Source of the DNA: an uncultured Candidatus Binatia bacterium
Lineage (GTDB): Bacteria; Desulfobacterota; Binatia; Bin18
DNA: 64,000 nt
NCBI GenBank assembly: GCA_965214605.1
Contig: OZ243961.1
Coordinates: 3,520,001-3,584,000, forward strand
Reading direction: 5' to 3'
Shown here: in pieces, positions 47,282 through 57,837 of the stretch
How the letters are laid out: each line of letters opens with the position of its first letter
How positions within the stretch are numbered: position 1 is the first letter of the stretch
Notes under the pieces: model-generated
Told to the model about the DNA's origin: nothing
The model's database searches: none
What the model saw: the letters and a program-made list of their open reading frames with translations, nothing else
Made by a program: the position numbers and the translations under genes

Positions 47282-50200
47282 ATGGCTGCTGATCCGCTTA
47301 TTGCTGCTAATCTGCATCCGCTATCTGACACGCAGGCCGAGGTCCTGGCCTGCCTCCCCACGCTCAGGCCCGGTGAACGATTGCGCATTGCCGGTCTCAA
47401 AGGGGCAGCCCGGGCCTTTTTTATCGCCCGCTGTCTGCAAGACCAGCCGCGCCCAATCCTGTGCGTGCTTGACTCAGACCGGGCGGCAGAAGCCTTTGTT
47501 GAGGACTTGCGGTTGTTTTTGGGCCAGCCCGAGCCAAACGAAGCGGACGGATCCGCACCCAGGCAAACGCGGCACACTCTCCACCTCTACCCAGCTTCGG
47601 ACGTGCCCGTGTTTGAGGGGCTTTCGCCCAGCAGCGATGTGGTGGCGGCGCAGCTGGAGGGGCTCTACTATCTGCTCTCGCTCAGCGCTCCGGTGATCGT
47701 TACCTGTGTTGAGGCGCTCAGCCAGCGGGTGATGCCACAGGAAGAGTTTATGGCCGCCACCCGGCGACTCGGCCGCGGCCAAGAGATAGCGCTGACCGAC
47801 GTTGTTGAGGCCTTGCTAGAGTGGGGCTATCGACGCGTTCCGGTAGTTGAGGAAAAGGGCGAGATGAGTGTCCGCGGCGGCTTGCTCGACGTGTTTCCAC
47901 CGCTGTCCGAGGCACCGATCCGGGCCGAATTCTTTGGCGATGTAGTGGAGTCCTTACGGACCTTTGATCCGTCCTCGCAGCGCTCACGCGCTCCGCTCGA
48001 GGAAGCCATGCTGCTGCCGATGCGTTTTTTTTCGGTGGCGCGTTTGCAGACCGCCAAACGCTCTATTGAAACCGCCCTGGCGGCTAGCGAGATGCCCCAC
48101 CGCGAACAGCAACGCCTCACCGAGAATGTGAAAAGTGGCCTGTTGTTCCCCGGCGTCGAAGCTTTTCTGCCGTGGCTCTATCCGGCGTTGGAGAGCGTCT
48201 GGGACTATCTCCCGCCTAATACGCTGATCTGGTTGGTCGATCCACTGGCCTCCCAGGCCGCTCTGGAACACGGCTGGGAGATCCTCACCCAGCGGGCTGA
48301 GGCCGCCCACGCGCACGGCCATTTTGCTGCCCAGCCCGAACAGCTGTATGTGCGGCCCGATGACCTGCGTGGACAACTGGCCACCGGTCCGGTGTGTGAG
48401 TTGCCCGGTCTTGAATATGTCGAAGCTGACCACACGGTCAGTTCTTCGCTGCTGCGGAGCACCCTGCCCAAAAGCGGTACCACAGGCGGCCTGGCTGTCC
48501 TGGTAGAACGGCTGCGGCAATGGCAGGAGGGGAACACCCTAGTATTCCTAACCGTATCGAGCCGTGTCCAGGCCGACCAGCTCCAGCAGTTGCTGCTGGG
48601 CCACGATCTTGAGTCAGAAATCGTGCTGGCCACTGAGTGGTCTAAGCGCTCATCCAAGCCCGGCCGGCCACCCACCGTCGCTATTCTGATCGGTCCTGTC
48701 TCGCAGGGCTTCATGCTGCCGGCTGACGGCCTCGTGTTTATCGCTGAGGAGGAGATCTTTGGCGAGCGCCGCCACCGCCGCCGCGTCCGTCCACGGCCCG
48801 TTGCCGATTATCTGACCGGCCTGAGTCAGCTGTGCGTCGGCGATTATGTCGTTCATATCGACCATGGTATTGGCTGCTATCAGGGGCTACGTCACCTGTC
48901 AGTCGGCGACATAGAGGGGGATTATCTGCAACTCGACTACGCGGGTGGAGATCGGCTGTACCTGCCGGTTGAACGGATTAATCTGGTTCAGAAGTACGCT
49001 GGGGGAGGCGAGCGAAGCCCGGCGCTCAACCGTCTAGGCGCACAGAGATGGGAGCGGGTCAAGCGCAAAACTCGAGAAGCCATCCTGGCCATGGCCCGAG
49101 AGCTGCTTGAGATGCACGCGGTACGCGAGGCCACTCAGCGGCCCACCATGGTGGTGGACGGGCCAGAATATAGGGAGTTTGTGTCCGGGTTTCCGTTTGA
49201 AGAAACGCGCGGCCAGCGGCTGGCTATTGACGATGTCTTGACCGATCTGAGCAGCCCCAAGCCGATGGACCGGCTGGTGTGCGGTGACGTCGGCTACGGA
49301 AAAACTGAGGTCGCTCTGCGGGCCGCATTTCTGACCGTTCTGGGCGGCAAACAGGTGGCGGTCTTAGTCCCGACCACCGTTCTGGCCCAACAGCACGGCG
49401 AGACCTTTGCCCGCCGCTTTGCCGACCATCCGGTGCGGGTTGAGGTGCTGAACCGTTTTCGTTCGTCCCAGGACGCCAGAGCCGTGGTCCGCGGCCTAGC
49501 CGACGGCCAGGTCGATATTGTCATCGGCACCCATCGGCTGCTCCAGCGTGACATTGTCTTTAAGCGCCTGGGCCTGATCGTGGTTGATGAAGAGCACCGC
49601 TTTGGGGTGGTCCACAAGGAAAAGATCAAGAAACTGCGCCACTTGGTCGATGTGTTAACCCTCTCCGCCACGCCAATTCCCCGTACCCTCAATATGGGCC
49701 TGATCGGTCTTCGCGACCTGAGTGTGATCGAGACGCCGCCGGTCGACCGGCAAGCCATTCGGACCTATGTGACGCGCTTTGACGAGGAACTCATTCGGGC
49801 TGCTATTCTCCGCGAGCTGGAGCGGGGGGGACAGGTCTTTTTTGTCCATAACCGGGTGGAGAGCATTGAGCGTATGGCCAGCCAGTTGCGAAAGCTGGTG
49901 CCCGAAGCCAGTCTGACGATTGGGCACGGCCAGATGGCCGAACGAGACCTCGAAACAGTCATGCTCGACTTTCTCCACCACCGCACCAATGTGCTATTGT
50001 GTTCCTCGATCATTGAGTCAGGTCTTGATATTCCGACGGCTAACACGATCATTATTAACCGGGCGGACCAGTTCGGTCTGGCTCAGCTCTACCAGCTGCG
50101 CGGCCGGGTCGGCCGTTCGGTCCAACGCGCCTATGCCTATCTGCTGATCCCCGACCAACGCCGGCTGACCAAGGACGCCAGTCGGCGTTTGGAGGTGCTT

Positions 50201-50821
50201 GAAGAGCTGGACGACCTGGGCGGCGGCTTTCGCTTGGCCGCCCACGATTTAGAAATTCGAGGCGCCGGAAACCTGCTGGGCAAAGAACAGTCGGGCAATG
50301 TCGCCGCCGTCGGTTTTGAGCTGTACGCTCAGATGTTGGAAGAAACCGTCGCCGAACTCAGGGGCGGCCAGATCAAGGTTCAGATTGAGCCGGATATTCA
50401 GCTCAGCATTCCCGCCTATATTCCCGAAGCCTATATTCCGGACGTCAACCAACGTCTGGTGTTTTACAAGAAGTTGGCCAATGTCGAAACGCGGGACGAA
50501 TTGGAGGAACTCGGCCAGGAGATGGAAGACCGTTTCGGTCCCCTGCCCGAACTCGTCTTGTCGCTGATTGAGGTTATGGACCTGCGCCTCGTCTTACGCA
50601 CCTACCTGGTCACTGCGGTCTCGAAACGCGCCGACCTGATCACCGTCCATTTCCATCCCGATTCGCCGATCAAGCCCGAACAACTCGTCGCTTTCATCCA
50701 GCACGACAAGCGGCCGTCGAATTTGACGCCTGACCTTCGCCTGAGCCTGACGCTCAAGCCGGGTGAGGATGTCATTCGGTCGGTCAAGACACTCTTGCAC
50801 GACCTAGACGAGTCGTGTTAG
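47282..50821 (+). CDS. mfd: Transcription-repair coupling factor
   Basis: VVHIDHGIG, GDVGYGKTE, DEEH, SATPIPRT, QLRGRVGR and DLEIRGAG motifs; TRCF C-terminus. Confidence 0.97.
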   Translation: MAADPLIAANLHPLSDTQAEVLACLPTLRPGERLRIAGLKGAARAFFIARCLQDQPRPILCVLDSDRAAEAFVEDLRLFLGQPEPNEADGSAPRQTRHTLHLYPASDVPVFEGLSPSSDVVAAQLEGLYYLLSLSAPVIVTCVEALSQRVMPQEEFMAATRRLGRGQEIALTDVVEALLEWGYRRVPVVEEKGEMSVRGGLLDVFPPLSEAPIRAEFFGDVVESLRTFDPSSQRSRAPLEEAMLLPMRFFSVARLQTAKRSIETALAASEMPHREQQRLTENVKSGLLFPGVEAFLPWLYPALESVWDYLPPNTLIWLVDPLASQAALEHGWEILTQRAEAAHAHGHFAAQPEQLYVRPDDLRGQLATGPVCELPGLEYVEADHTVSSSLLRSTLPKSGTTGGLAVLVERLRQWQEGNTLVFLTVSSRVQADQLQQLLLGHDLESEIVLATEWSKRSSKPGRPPTVAILIGPVSQGFMLPADGLVFIAEEEIFGERRHRRRVRPRPVADYLTGLSQLCVGDYVVHIDHGIGCYQGLRHLSVGDIEGDYLQLDYAGGDRLYLPVERINLVQKYAGGGERSPALNRLGAQRWERVKRKTREAILAMARELLEMHAVREATQRPTMVVDGPEYREFVSGFPFEETRGQRLAIDDVLTDLSSPKPMDRLVCGDVGYGKTEVALRAAFLTVLGGKQVAVLVPTTVLAQQHGETFARRFADHPVRVEVLNRFRSSQDARAVVRGLADGQVDIVIGTHRLLQRDIVFKRLGLIVVDEEHRFGVVHKEKIKKLRHLVDVLTLSATPIPRTLNMGLIGLRDLSVIETPPVDRQAIRTYVTRFDEELIRAAILRELERGGQVFFVHNRVESIERMASQLRKLVPEASLTIGHGQMAERDLETVMLDFLHHRTNVLLCSSIIESGLDIPTANTIIINRADQFGLAQLYQLRGRVGRSVQRAYAYLLIPDQRRLTKDASRRLEVLEELDDLGGGFRLAAHDLEIRGAGNLLGKEQSGNVAAVGFELYAQMLEETVAELRGGQIKVQIEPDIQLSIPAYIPEAYIPDVNQRLVFYKKLANVETRDELEELGQEMEDRFGPLPELVLSLIEVMDLRLVLRTYLVTAVSKRADLITVHFHPDSPIKPEQLVAFIQHDKRPSNLTPDLRLSLTLKPGEDVIRSVKTLLHDLDESC

Positions 50822-50897
50822 CCCAGGGGTCGTAGACCTCATTCAAGGAGCCCCGTAAGTACGGGTGGTCATCACCGGGCTCCTTCGGGAGACAGCA

Positions 50898-52103
50898 ATG
50901 AAGAGTCTCGCTTTGGTGTTTGCAGTCTTGGGTATCGCAACGATCGGTCAGGCCGAAACCATCAACCGTATCGTCGCCACCGTCGACGGGCAGCCGATTA
51001 CGTTCCGAGAACTCGAGGCGTTTAGTGGTCAGATGAACGACCGAGCGGCCATGATGTATCCCCAGGGAGCGGCCGGGATGACCCAGCGCGACTTTTTGGA
51101 CGCCCTCCTCATGAACAAAATGATCAAGAATGAGGTTGATGCGCAGGGACTGAAAGCTACTCCTGAGGACGTCGATAGTTATATCGAACGGATTAAAAAC
51201 CAGGGTCAGCTAGACGATGAACAGCTCGCCGCCGCCCTGGCCGATCAAGGCTTGACCATAGAGCAATACCGCAAACAGATCGCTCAGGAAATCGAGCAGG
51301 CGCTGTTGATGAATAAGGAGGTCAGCTCTCGGATCACTATTACTGATGAGGTTATAGAGCGCTATTACAAGGCCCACCAAGAGGACTATGCCACACCCGA
51401 CCAGGTCCGTATTCGGCATATTTTCCTGCCCTTATCGCCTAGCGCCGCCTTAGGCGAGACGCTGAAAATGACAACCTTGATGGAAACGCTGCACGGCCGG
51501 GCAAACCGTGGAGAGGATTTTGCGACCCTGGCCTCGACCTACTCTCTTGGGCCAGGGGCGGACCAGGGCGGGGATCTCGGATTTTTTGAGCGGGGCCAGA
51601 TGGACCAGGCGATTGAAGAGATAGCCTTTTCGATCCCAGAAGGGGGGATAAGCCAGCCTTTTCAGACTTCGACCGGAGTCCATCTGATCAAGGTCGAAGA
51701 GCGCGATACCGAAGGGGTGAGACCTCTCGCCGAAGTGCAGGAAGAGATTCGGTCCCAGCTCTACAATACGGAGCTGAGCAAGCGCTATCGCCGCTGGTTC
51801 CAGGACGATCTGCGTTTCCGTCATTATATTGAGGATTTTCTCACCGACCCGGAAGGCGTACCCTACACCGGTATTCAGCGTGCTCAGCAGGCCGAGGAAG
51901 AGCTGTTGGACGGTGAAGCCGCTTATACCGGGGATGAAGACACGGCCGAGCCGAGCGCGCCCGTTGTTGGCCAAGACGAGCCTCCTCAAAAGAGCTTCTT
52001 CAGCCGCCTGTTTGCGGATGAGGAGGAGGACAACGAAACGGCTGATCAGGGCGAGCAGACTGAGGAGGAAGAGGACGGAGGCTTTAGTCTGCTGTGGTTT
52101 TAG
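50898..52103 (+). CDS. surA: SurA-like periplasmic chaperone/parvulin PPIase with acidic C-terminal extension
   Basis: NRIVATV, RIRHIF, GGDLG and GVHLIK motifs; lies between mfd and pdxA. Confidence 0.8.
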   Translation: MKSLALVFAVLGIATIGQAETINRIVATVDGQPITFRELEAFSGQMNDRAAMMYPQGAAGMTQRDFLDALLMNKMIKNEVDAQGLKATPEDVDSYIERIKNQGQLDDEQLAAALADQGLTIEQYRKQIAQEIEQALLMNKEVSSRITITDEVIERYYKAHQEDYATPDQVRIRHIFLPLSPSAALGETLKMTTLMETLHGRANRGEDFATLASTYSLGPGADQGGDLGFFERGQMDQAIEEIAFSIPEGGISQPFQTSTGVHLIKVEERDTEGVRPLAEVQEEIRSQLYNTELSKRYRRWFQDDLRFRHYIEDFLTDPEGVPYTGIQRAQQAEEELLDGEAAYTGDEDTAEPSAPVVGQDEPPQKSFFSRLFADEEEDNETADQGEQTEEEEDGGFSLLWF

Positions 52104-52109
52104 TTCCTT

Positions 52110-53159
52110 GTGTCCTCAGCCCGTACGAGGGGCGAGCGCGTGCCTAGACAATCCGCTCTACCACTCATTGGCGTCACTATGGGCGATCCGGCCGGGATCG
52201 GGCCTGAGATTGTGCTCAAGTCAGCCCAAGTCCCCAGACCCGGGCTGCGCGTTGTTGTCTTAGGCGATCTAACCGTTCTAGCTGAAACCGCCCGTCGCCT
52301 CGACGTGCCGCTCAGGGTAGTCCATTGGGCGGTGACCCAGCCGTATCCCGCAGAGCCTGGTGTGTTGCCGGTGATCCCCCTCTCTCAGCTCTCGGTCCAG
52401 CTGCGGGTTCCCGGCCATCCGACTCCAGACGGGGGCGAGGCGTCGTATCAGTATGTTGAGGCGGGCGTTGGCCTGGCTCTTGATAAGGCTATCCAGGCAC
52501 TGGTGACGGCACCGATTAGCAAAGCCATGTGGCGAGCGGCCAAGCGGGACTATCCTGGTCATACCGAACTCCTGGCCAGCCTCACCCACAGTCCGGACGT
52601 TCGCATGATGTTGGTTGGGAGTCGTCTGCGGGTTGTTTTGGTCACGACCCATATTCCGTTCGTTCAGGTAGTCGCCGCCCTGTCGAGTCGCCGCATTATG
52701 ACCACGCTGGTCCTCACCGCCCGCCACCTGGCCCGCTTTCACGGTCTGAGTCAACCGCGTCTGGCGGTGGCTGGGCTAAACCCTCACGCTGGCGAGGGGG
52801 GAGTGTTTGGTGACGAAGAAGACCGCCTGCTCAGCCCCGTGGTTCGACAGGCGGGTGAGCAGGGCCTGTCGGTGGTCGGTCCTCTATCGGCCGATTCGGT
52901 GTTTGTCCGAGCAGTCAACGGCGAATTTGACGCGGTGATCTGTCTGTACCACGATCAGGGACTGATTCCGCTCAAACTGCTGTCGTGGGCCGACGGAGTA
53001 AACGTCACAATCGGCCTGCCGATCGTCCGCACCTCGCCCGACCACGGCACCGCCTTTGATATTGCTGGGCAGGGCACGGCTGACCCACGCAGTCTGCAGG
53101 CCGCAATTGAGCTGGCCAGCCACATGATCGGACAGACGGGAGTCCGCGAGACGCTATGA
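52110..53159 (+). CDS. pdxA: 4-hydroxythreonine-4-phosphate dehydrogenase
   Basis: MGDPAGIGPE, GHTE, NPHAGE, YHDQG and RTSPDHGTAFDIAG motifs. Confidence 0.95.
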   Translation: MSSARTRGERVPRQSALPLIGVTMGDPAGIGPEIVLKSAQVPRPGLRVVVLGDLTVLAETARRLDVPLRVVHWAVTQPYPAEPGVLPVIPLSQLSVQLRVPGHPTPDGGEASYQYVEAGVGLALDKAIQALVTAPISKAMWRAAKRDYPGHTELLASLTHSPDVRMMLVGSRLRVVLVTTHIPFVQVVAALSSRRIMTTLVLTARHLARFHGLSQPRLAVAGLNPHAGEGGVFGDEEDRLLSPVVRQAGEQGLSVVGPLSADSVFVRAVNGEFDAVICLYHDQGLIPLKLLSWADGVNVTIGLPIVRTSPDHGTAFDIAGQGTADPRSLQAAIELASHMIGQTGVRETL

Positions 53160-54529
53160 GTCATATCAACCCAGCCATTTTCCGGGAGTACGATATTCGG
53201 GGGGTGGCCGAACAGGATTTTGATGCCGACTTTGCGTTTGCCCTCGGGCAAGCCTATGGGAGTCTGGTCGTGCAGCAGGGCAAGCAGCGGGTTGCGGTGG
53301 GTCGAGACTGTCGGCCGAGCTCCGATATCTATGCCGCTGCGCTCCGGGACGGCCTCTGTGCGACGGGGCTTGAGGTGTTGGATATTGGGGTGTGTCCGAC
53401 CCCGCTGCTGTATTTCTCGCTGCATCATCATGATCTGGACGGAGGGATTCAGGTTACCGGTAGCCATAACCCGGCTGAATACAATGGATTCAAAATATGT
53501 CTTGGCAAAGTCACGCTGTACGGCCCAGATATTCAGCGCTTACGGTCTGTGATTGAACACAAAAACTTCGTCTCGGGCCAGGGCCGACAGGTCCCGACTC
53601 CGATCATTGGGCCCTACCAAGAATTTGTGAGCCGGCAGTTTGGGCGTTTGGAACGCGAAATTTCGATCGTGGTCGACGCCGGGAACGCAACCGCTGGGCC
53701 GGTTGCGCCGGCGATCTTCCGGGCTCTGGGCTGCCGAGTGACGGAGCTGTTTTGTGAGCTGGACGGCCATTTTCCAAACCATCATCCTGACCCGACGGTG
53801 CCTGCAAACCTTGAACAGCTGATCGGAGCGGTCAAAGAGACCGGCGCCGAAGTCGGTCTGGCCTACGACGGTGATGCCGACCGCCTCGGGGTGGTCGGTC
53901 CAACCGGGCGCGTCATATGGGGCGATGAGCTGATGATCTTATTCTCGCGTGACATCTTGGCTACACACCCCGGAGCGGTCATTGTGTCTGAGGTAAAGTG
54001 CTCCCAAGCGCTGTTTGACGAGGTAGCCGCTCGGGGGGGCCGGCCCATCATGTGGAAGGCCGGACACGCCCTGCTCAGAGCCAAGATGCATGAGACCGGG
54101 GCGCTGCTGGGCGGGGATCTGAGCGGTCACCTGTTTTTTGCCGATCGCTATCTTGGCTACGACGATGCGATCTATGCGTCATGCAGGATGCTGGAGCTGT
54201 TGAGCAAATCCGATCTACGCCAACTGCTAGCCGGCCTGCCGTCGTCTGTGACCACGCCTGAAATTCGGCTGACCTGCCCGGATGAGCTTAAGTTTGCTCT
54301 TGCCGAGCGGGTCTGCCAGCGCTTGCGTGGCAGTTATGACATCACGGATATCGACGGAGTGCGGGTCAAGTTTGATCACGGCTGGGGGTTGGTCCGGGCA
54401 TCGAACACCCAGCCGGTTTTGAGCCTGCGCTTTGAGGCCACCACCTGGGACAAGCTGAACGAGTACCGTGCTTTTATTGAAGGGGTGGTAGAGGAGGCGC
54501 GACAAGAGCTGGCAGAATCAGAGCGATAG
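53156..54529 (+). CDS. Phosphomannomutase/phosphoglucomutase (AlgC-like)
   Basis: FREYDIRG, TGSHNP, DGDADR and RASNT motifs. Confidence 0.93.
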   Translation: MSHINPAIFREYDIRGVAEQDFDADFAFALGQAYGSLVVQQGKQRVAVGRDCRPSSDIYAAALRDGLCATGLEVLDIGVCPTPLLYFSLHHHDLDGGIQVTGSHNPAEYNGFKICLGKVTLYGPDIQRLRSVIEHKNFVSGQGRQVPTPIIGPYQEFVSRQFGRLEREISIVVDAGNATAGPVAPAIFRALGCRVTELFCELDGHFPNHHPDPTVPANLEQLIGAVKETGAEVGLAYDGDADRLGVVGPTGRVIWGDELMILFSRDILATHPGAVIVSEVKCSQALFDEVAARGGRPIMWKAGHALLRAKMHETGALLGGDLSGHLFFADRYLGYDDAIYASCRMLELLSKSDLRQLLAGLPSSVTTPEIRLTCPDELKFALAERVCQRLRGSYDITDIDGVRVKFDHGWGLVRASNTQPVLSLRFEATTWDKLNEYRAFIEGVVEEARQELAESER

Positions 54530-54635
54530 AAGCCTCTCGTCCCGGGGTTCAGGAAAGCCGTATAAGCCTATGGCTCTCCCTTTTTTGCCGACTTTCGTTG
54601 GTGTGTTGGAGAGTTTGGCACTTTCGGAGCAGAAA

Positions 54636-54850
54636 ATTCACCGCCTTGTCGGCTGGCCGGTGCTTTCCCTGGCCGATTGACTGCGGCGGCGAGATATCGC
54701 CGCTTGATTGGAGGATGCGGTTGGAGGACTAGGACGAACGTTTTCGGATCAGCTTCTAGAAGCGCTCGTGACAATCTTAAAGCTGGGCCCAGAAAATAAA
54801 CGCCAGAGCGCTCTGCCACTGTCGGATTGGCGAGCCCTGGCCAGTGATAG
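54636..54850 (+). pseudogene. Possible Ser/Thr kinase C-lobe remnant
   Basis: IHRLVGWPVLSLAD*...*LEDAVGG...FSDQLLEALVTILKLGPENKRQSA...WRAL loosely resembles kinase subdomains X-XI. Confidence 0.22.
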
Positions 54851-54911
54851 GATGCGTCTTAACGACGTCGGAGCGCATATGATTATAATGCTTGTCTGAA
54901 ATTTCGTCCGG

Positions 54912-57519
54912 CTAGGTTTGATCGTCCGCCTCGGATTCTTCCCTAAATTCTCCAGTCGTTGGTGACCACAGGACCCAATCCCACCTGTCACCCACAGGCG
55001 TTACTTTGTTGGAGGGGACTCTCATGGAACTGTTGCCCAACGGAGAACTATCAGGACGGCGGTATTGATAAGCGAGAGTGATAGGTCCCTCATAGCCGAA
55101 TGACTGAGGATCGAACATTTCCGGAGCAACAATCTCGATGTCGTGAAGAACGCCTTGCCTGTCAGGCATCGAAACATGGCTTCCAGGCTTTAGCACCCGA
55201 ATGAATCCGTCCGGGATGACATTGCCCGCGACGGTTGGGACGGTGGCATCAGACAATTCCTCCCACCATTTCCTCAGATTCCTCACGACAGCCTCTGGTA
55301 GAGGCGCGTCTTGATCATCCTCGGTCAGTTCGATCGCACGTTGAAATCGTTCAATCAGGTGTCCAAGGTCTGTGCACACAGGCTCTGTCAGTCGCAGGCT
55401 GCCATAGGTGCCGTCGTAGATGACGATGGCACTGCTGACTTCTTCACGCCTATCATGCCGCACTAATGCGATGCGCGTTGCTACACAGTCCATGTCCTGC
55501 GGCGAGACGCTGTATTCTCTGAGAGCTAAGTCCTTGAGTGCAGCCGCAATTTTTTCCTTCAGCCTGTTCTCGCGGATCCAAGGTTGATCAATTCGCAGAA
55601 CGATCCCGGTGGTTCGGAAGTCACGAGTCTTTGCCGTCAGCCTCGGGTTTTTCTGTCGAAGATCCCTGTAGAAGTAGTTAGTGCCGTTCTTGCTGTAACC
55701 GACCACCCTTTCGGTAACTTGAAGCTTGCACTCGCACAGGAATCCCGACTCACACTCCTTGTAATGCCCAGCCATAATTCCCTGATCCTCAACGGCAGCA
55801 TTCACATACGTGTGCACCCAGAGGACGGGTGATCGGTGGCATTCGCGTCTTGGCAAGCCGAATGGAACGCTCGAAAGGAGAATTTTTCCATTCGATGACG
55901 CGATAGCTACGTGTGAGGTGCAGATAGACCGCTTCGGGGTATGCTTCGCGGATAGCCTGAGGGAGCGTAATGGAACCAATATTGTTATCAGGTGTATTTT
56001 GTACGCCCTGCAGCGTAAAGCTGAGTTCTCCGACGTTCCTGAGCGGGTAATTCAGGTGTGGAGAGTCGCCCCCGACCTGAGCGATCGGATCAAACTCTCG
56101 GGGCCGTGCGCCACCCGGACGAGCGAACTCATAGACTGTCGAGAAACCGTTAGGCCAAGTCACGCTGGCAGGTGGGCGTGTCCGTTGCACTCCTAAGGCA
56201 TCAAGTTCGTCGGAGAGGCAGCGCGCGTGCATAAATTGTATGAAGCGATTTTCGAGGTATAAATGTGACGGTTCAATCGATCCCTGCCAATAATCCCTGA
56301 AGGTGCTGCCGTAACGCTGGAAGGCTTGGGCGGCCGCAAGCACAGCGAATAGGCCTGGCTGTGATCGTCCAATCCGTCCAACCCGTTGACGAAACGCTTT
56401 CCGTGAATTCGGTACATCGAGGTTCAAACCCACAGAAAAATGTGGAATGTTGATGCCGAGCTCAAGCGCCGATGTGGACACCACCCCTCGAAGCTCACCG
56501 TTTTGTAGCGCCCGCTCAATATCTGCTCGGTCCTTTGCTTCATAGCCAGACCGATAGGGGCGCACTCCGTCATGGTCCAGATAATGAACAATCTGTTCAA
56601 CTCCTTGACGCGAATCAACGAACGCAATGAAGCTGCCGTCTGAGTTATTGAGAAGCGAACCGAGCAGAGCGCTGACGCCATTATTAGGGACATCGGGCAC
56701 AGGAATATGCAGGAGGCTCCGCTCATAAGTGGGCGAGCCGTCATCTGATTCGTCTATCAGAGTGAAGGGAACCCCAGTGAGCGATTCAAGATGTCTTGCG
56801 GGGCTGGCAATCGTAGCGCTTGCCGCGATTATTTGTAGCGGTGGCGTCTTCCGATTCCGTACAACGATCGCACGGGCAGCCTGCATACGTCGCAGAAGAT
56901 AGGCAACGTTACTGCCGAACACGGCCTCAAGAATGTGGGCTTCGTCAAGAATCACGAGCCGCAGACGAGATAGAAACCGAGAAATACTTGGGGTCGAGAC
57001 TCGACACATCAACCAAGCGTGGCAGACATCCGGCGTCATGAGGACGATGCGCGCCGTATCCATAATATCGGCTCGCTCATCTGGCGGCACCCCGCCGTGA
57101 ATCATCCCGACCGTCTCTGCTGCTAAGTCGGTATTCTCTATTGCCCGTTGCCATGAGTCCCTTTGGTCAGCGGCCAGCGCCCTGAGCGGATAGAAGACCA
57201 GAATCCGTGCCTCTGGATCTTCCAGGATAAGGCGCAGACTGGCAGCCTGGAAGACAAGCGATTTGCCTGACGCTGTTCCAGTTGACACCACGACATTTTT
57301 CCCTGCTGCAACATGTCCAAGCGCCAGAGATTGATGGCGCCATAGGCCCATGCCCGTTGTATCAACGGTTGCTAGGAAGTCGCCCGGCGCGCCATATCTA
57401 AAAGCCTCTGGAATTGGCATCCGCCGCTCTTCCCGGGCCGCTAGATCAATACGCTCAGTGAGCGGTAACTCGCCCTCATCAACCAGCGTATTCAATACTT
57501 CTCGAATGTTCATGGTCAT
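54912..57519 (-). pseudogene. YprA/MrfA/Hrq1-like DEAH-box SF2 helicase split by a single-base frameshift
   Basis: LWRHQ, TGTASGKS, YPLRALAADQ, TPD, DEAH, SAT, TSALELGI and QRVGRIGR motifs. Removing one G from the minus-strand GGG (55817-55819) fuses it to the 54912 ORF (868 aa). Confidence 0.8.
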
Positions 57520-57680
57520 TCTTGTTCGGGTCCTTCGTTCGGTATCCAGGGAAAGAGGAGATATTCCTAGACGCCATTGTCCTACTTGTCCAAGGCCATT
57601 AAGAGAATGTCAGGAAAGATATTTCCGGCAACGCGATGTGGGAAGCGCTCCTGGTGGAAATACCGGTCTCACAGCGGTAT

Positions 57681-57818
57681 TTAGGTGCCTTTCTCCTCCA
57701 GGGTGTTCCGCAAGATTTCAAGCTCTTCGGACAGCCGGCCCTGCCTGCGGGAGAGAGACCACATATAGACAAACACGATCAGCCAAAACGCGCTAAACGC
57801 GCCGAACAGATACCACAT
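57681..57818 (-). CDS. ccmD: CcmD family heme exporter protein
   Basis: Manual translation MWYLFGAFSAFWLIVFVYMWSLSRRQGRLSEELEILRNTLEEKGT (one TM plus charged helix), directly after ccmC; below the ORF-track cutoff. Confidence 0.85.
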   Translation of the reverse strand: MWYLFGAFSAFWLIVFVYMWSLSRRQGRLSEELEILRNTLEEKGT

Positions 57819-57837
57819 ATCCTCTCGTCTTCCACGC

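Noticed and set aside
55810-55830. Programmed ribosomal frameshift in the helicase
   Set aside because: Only a GGG run; no slippery heptamer or evident stimulatory structure. Mutation or sequencing error is more likely.
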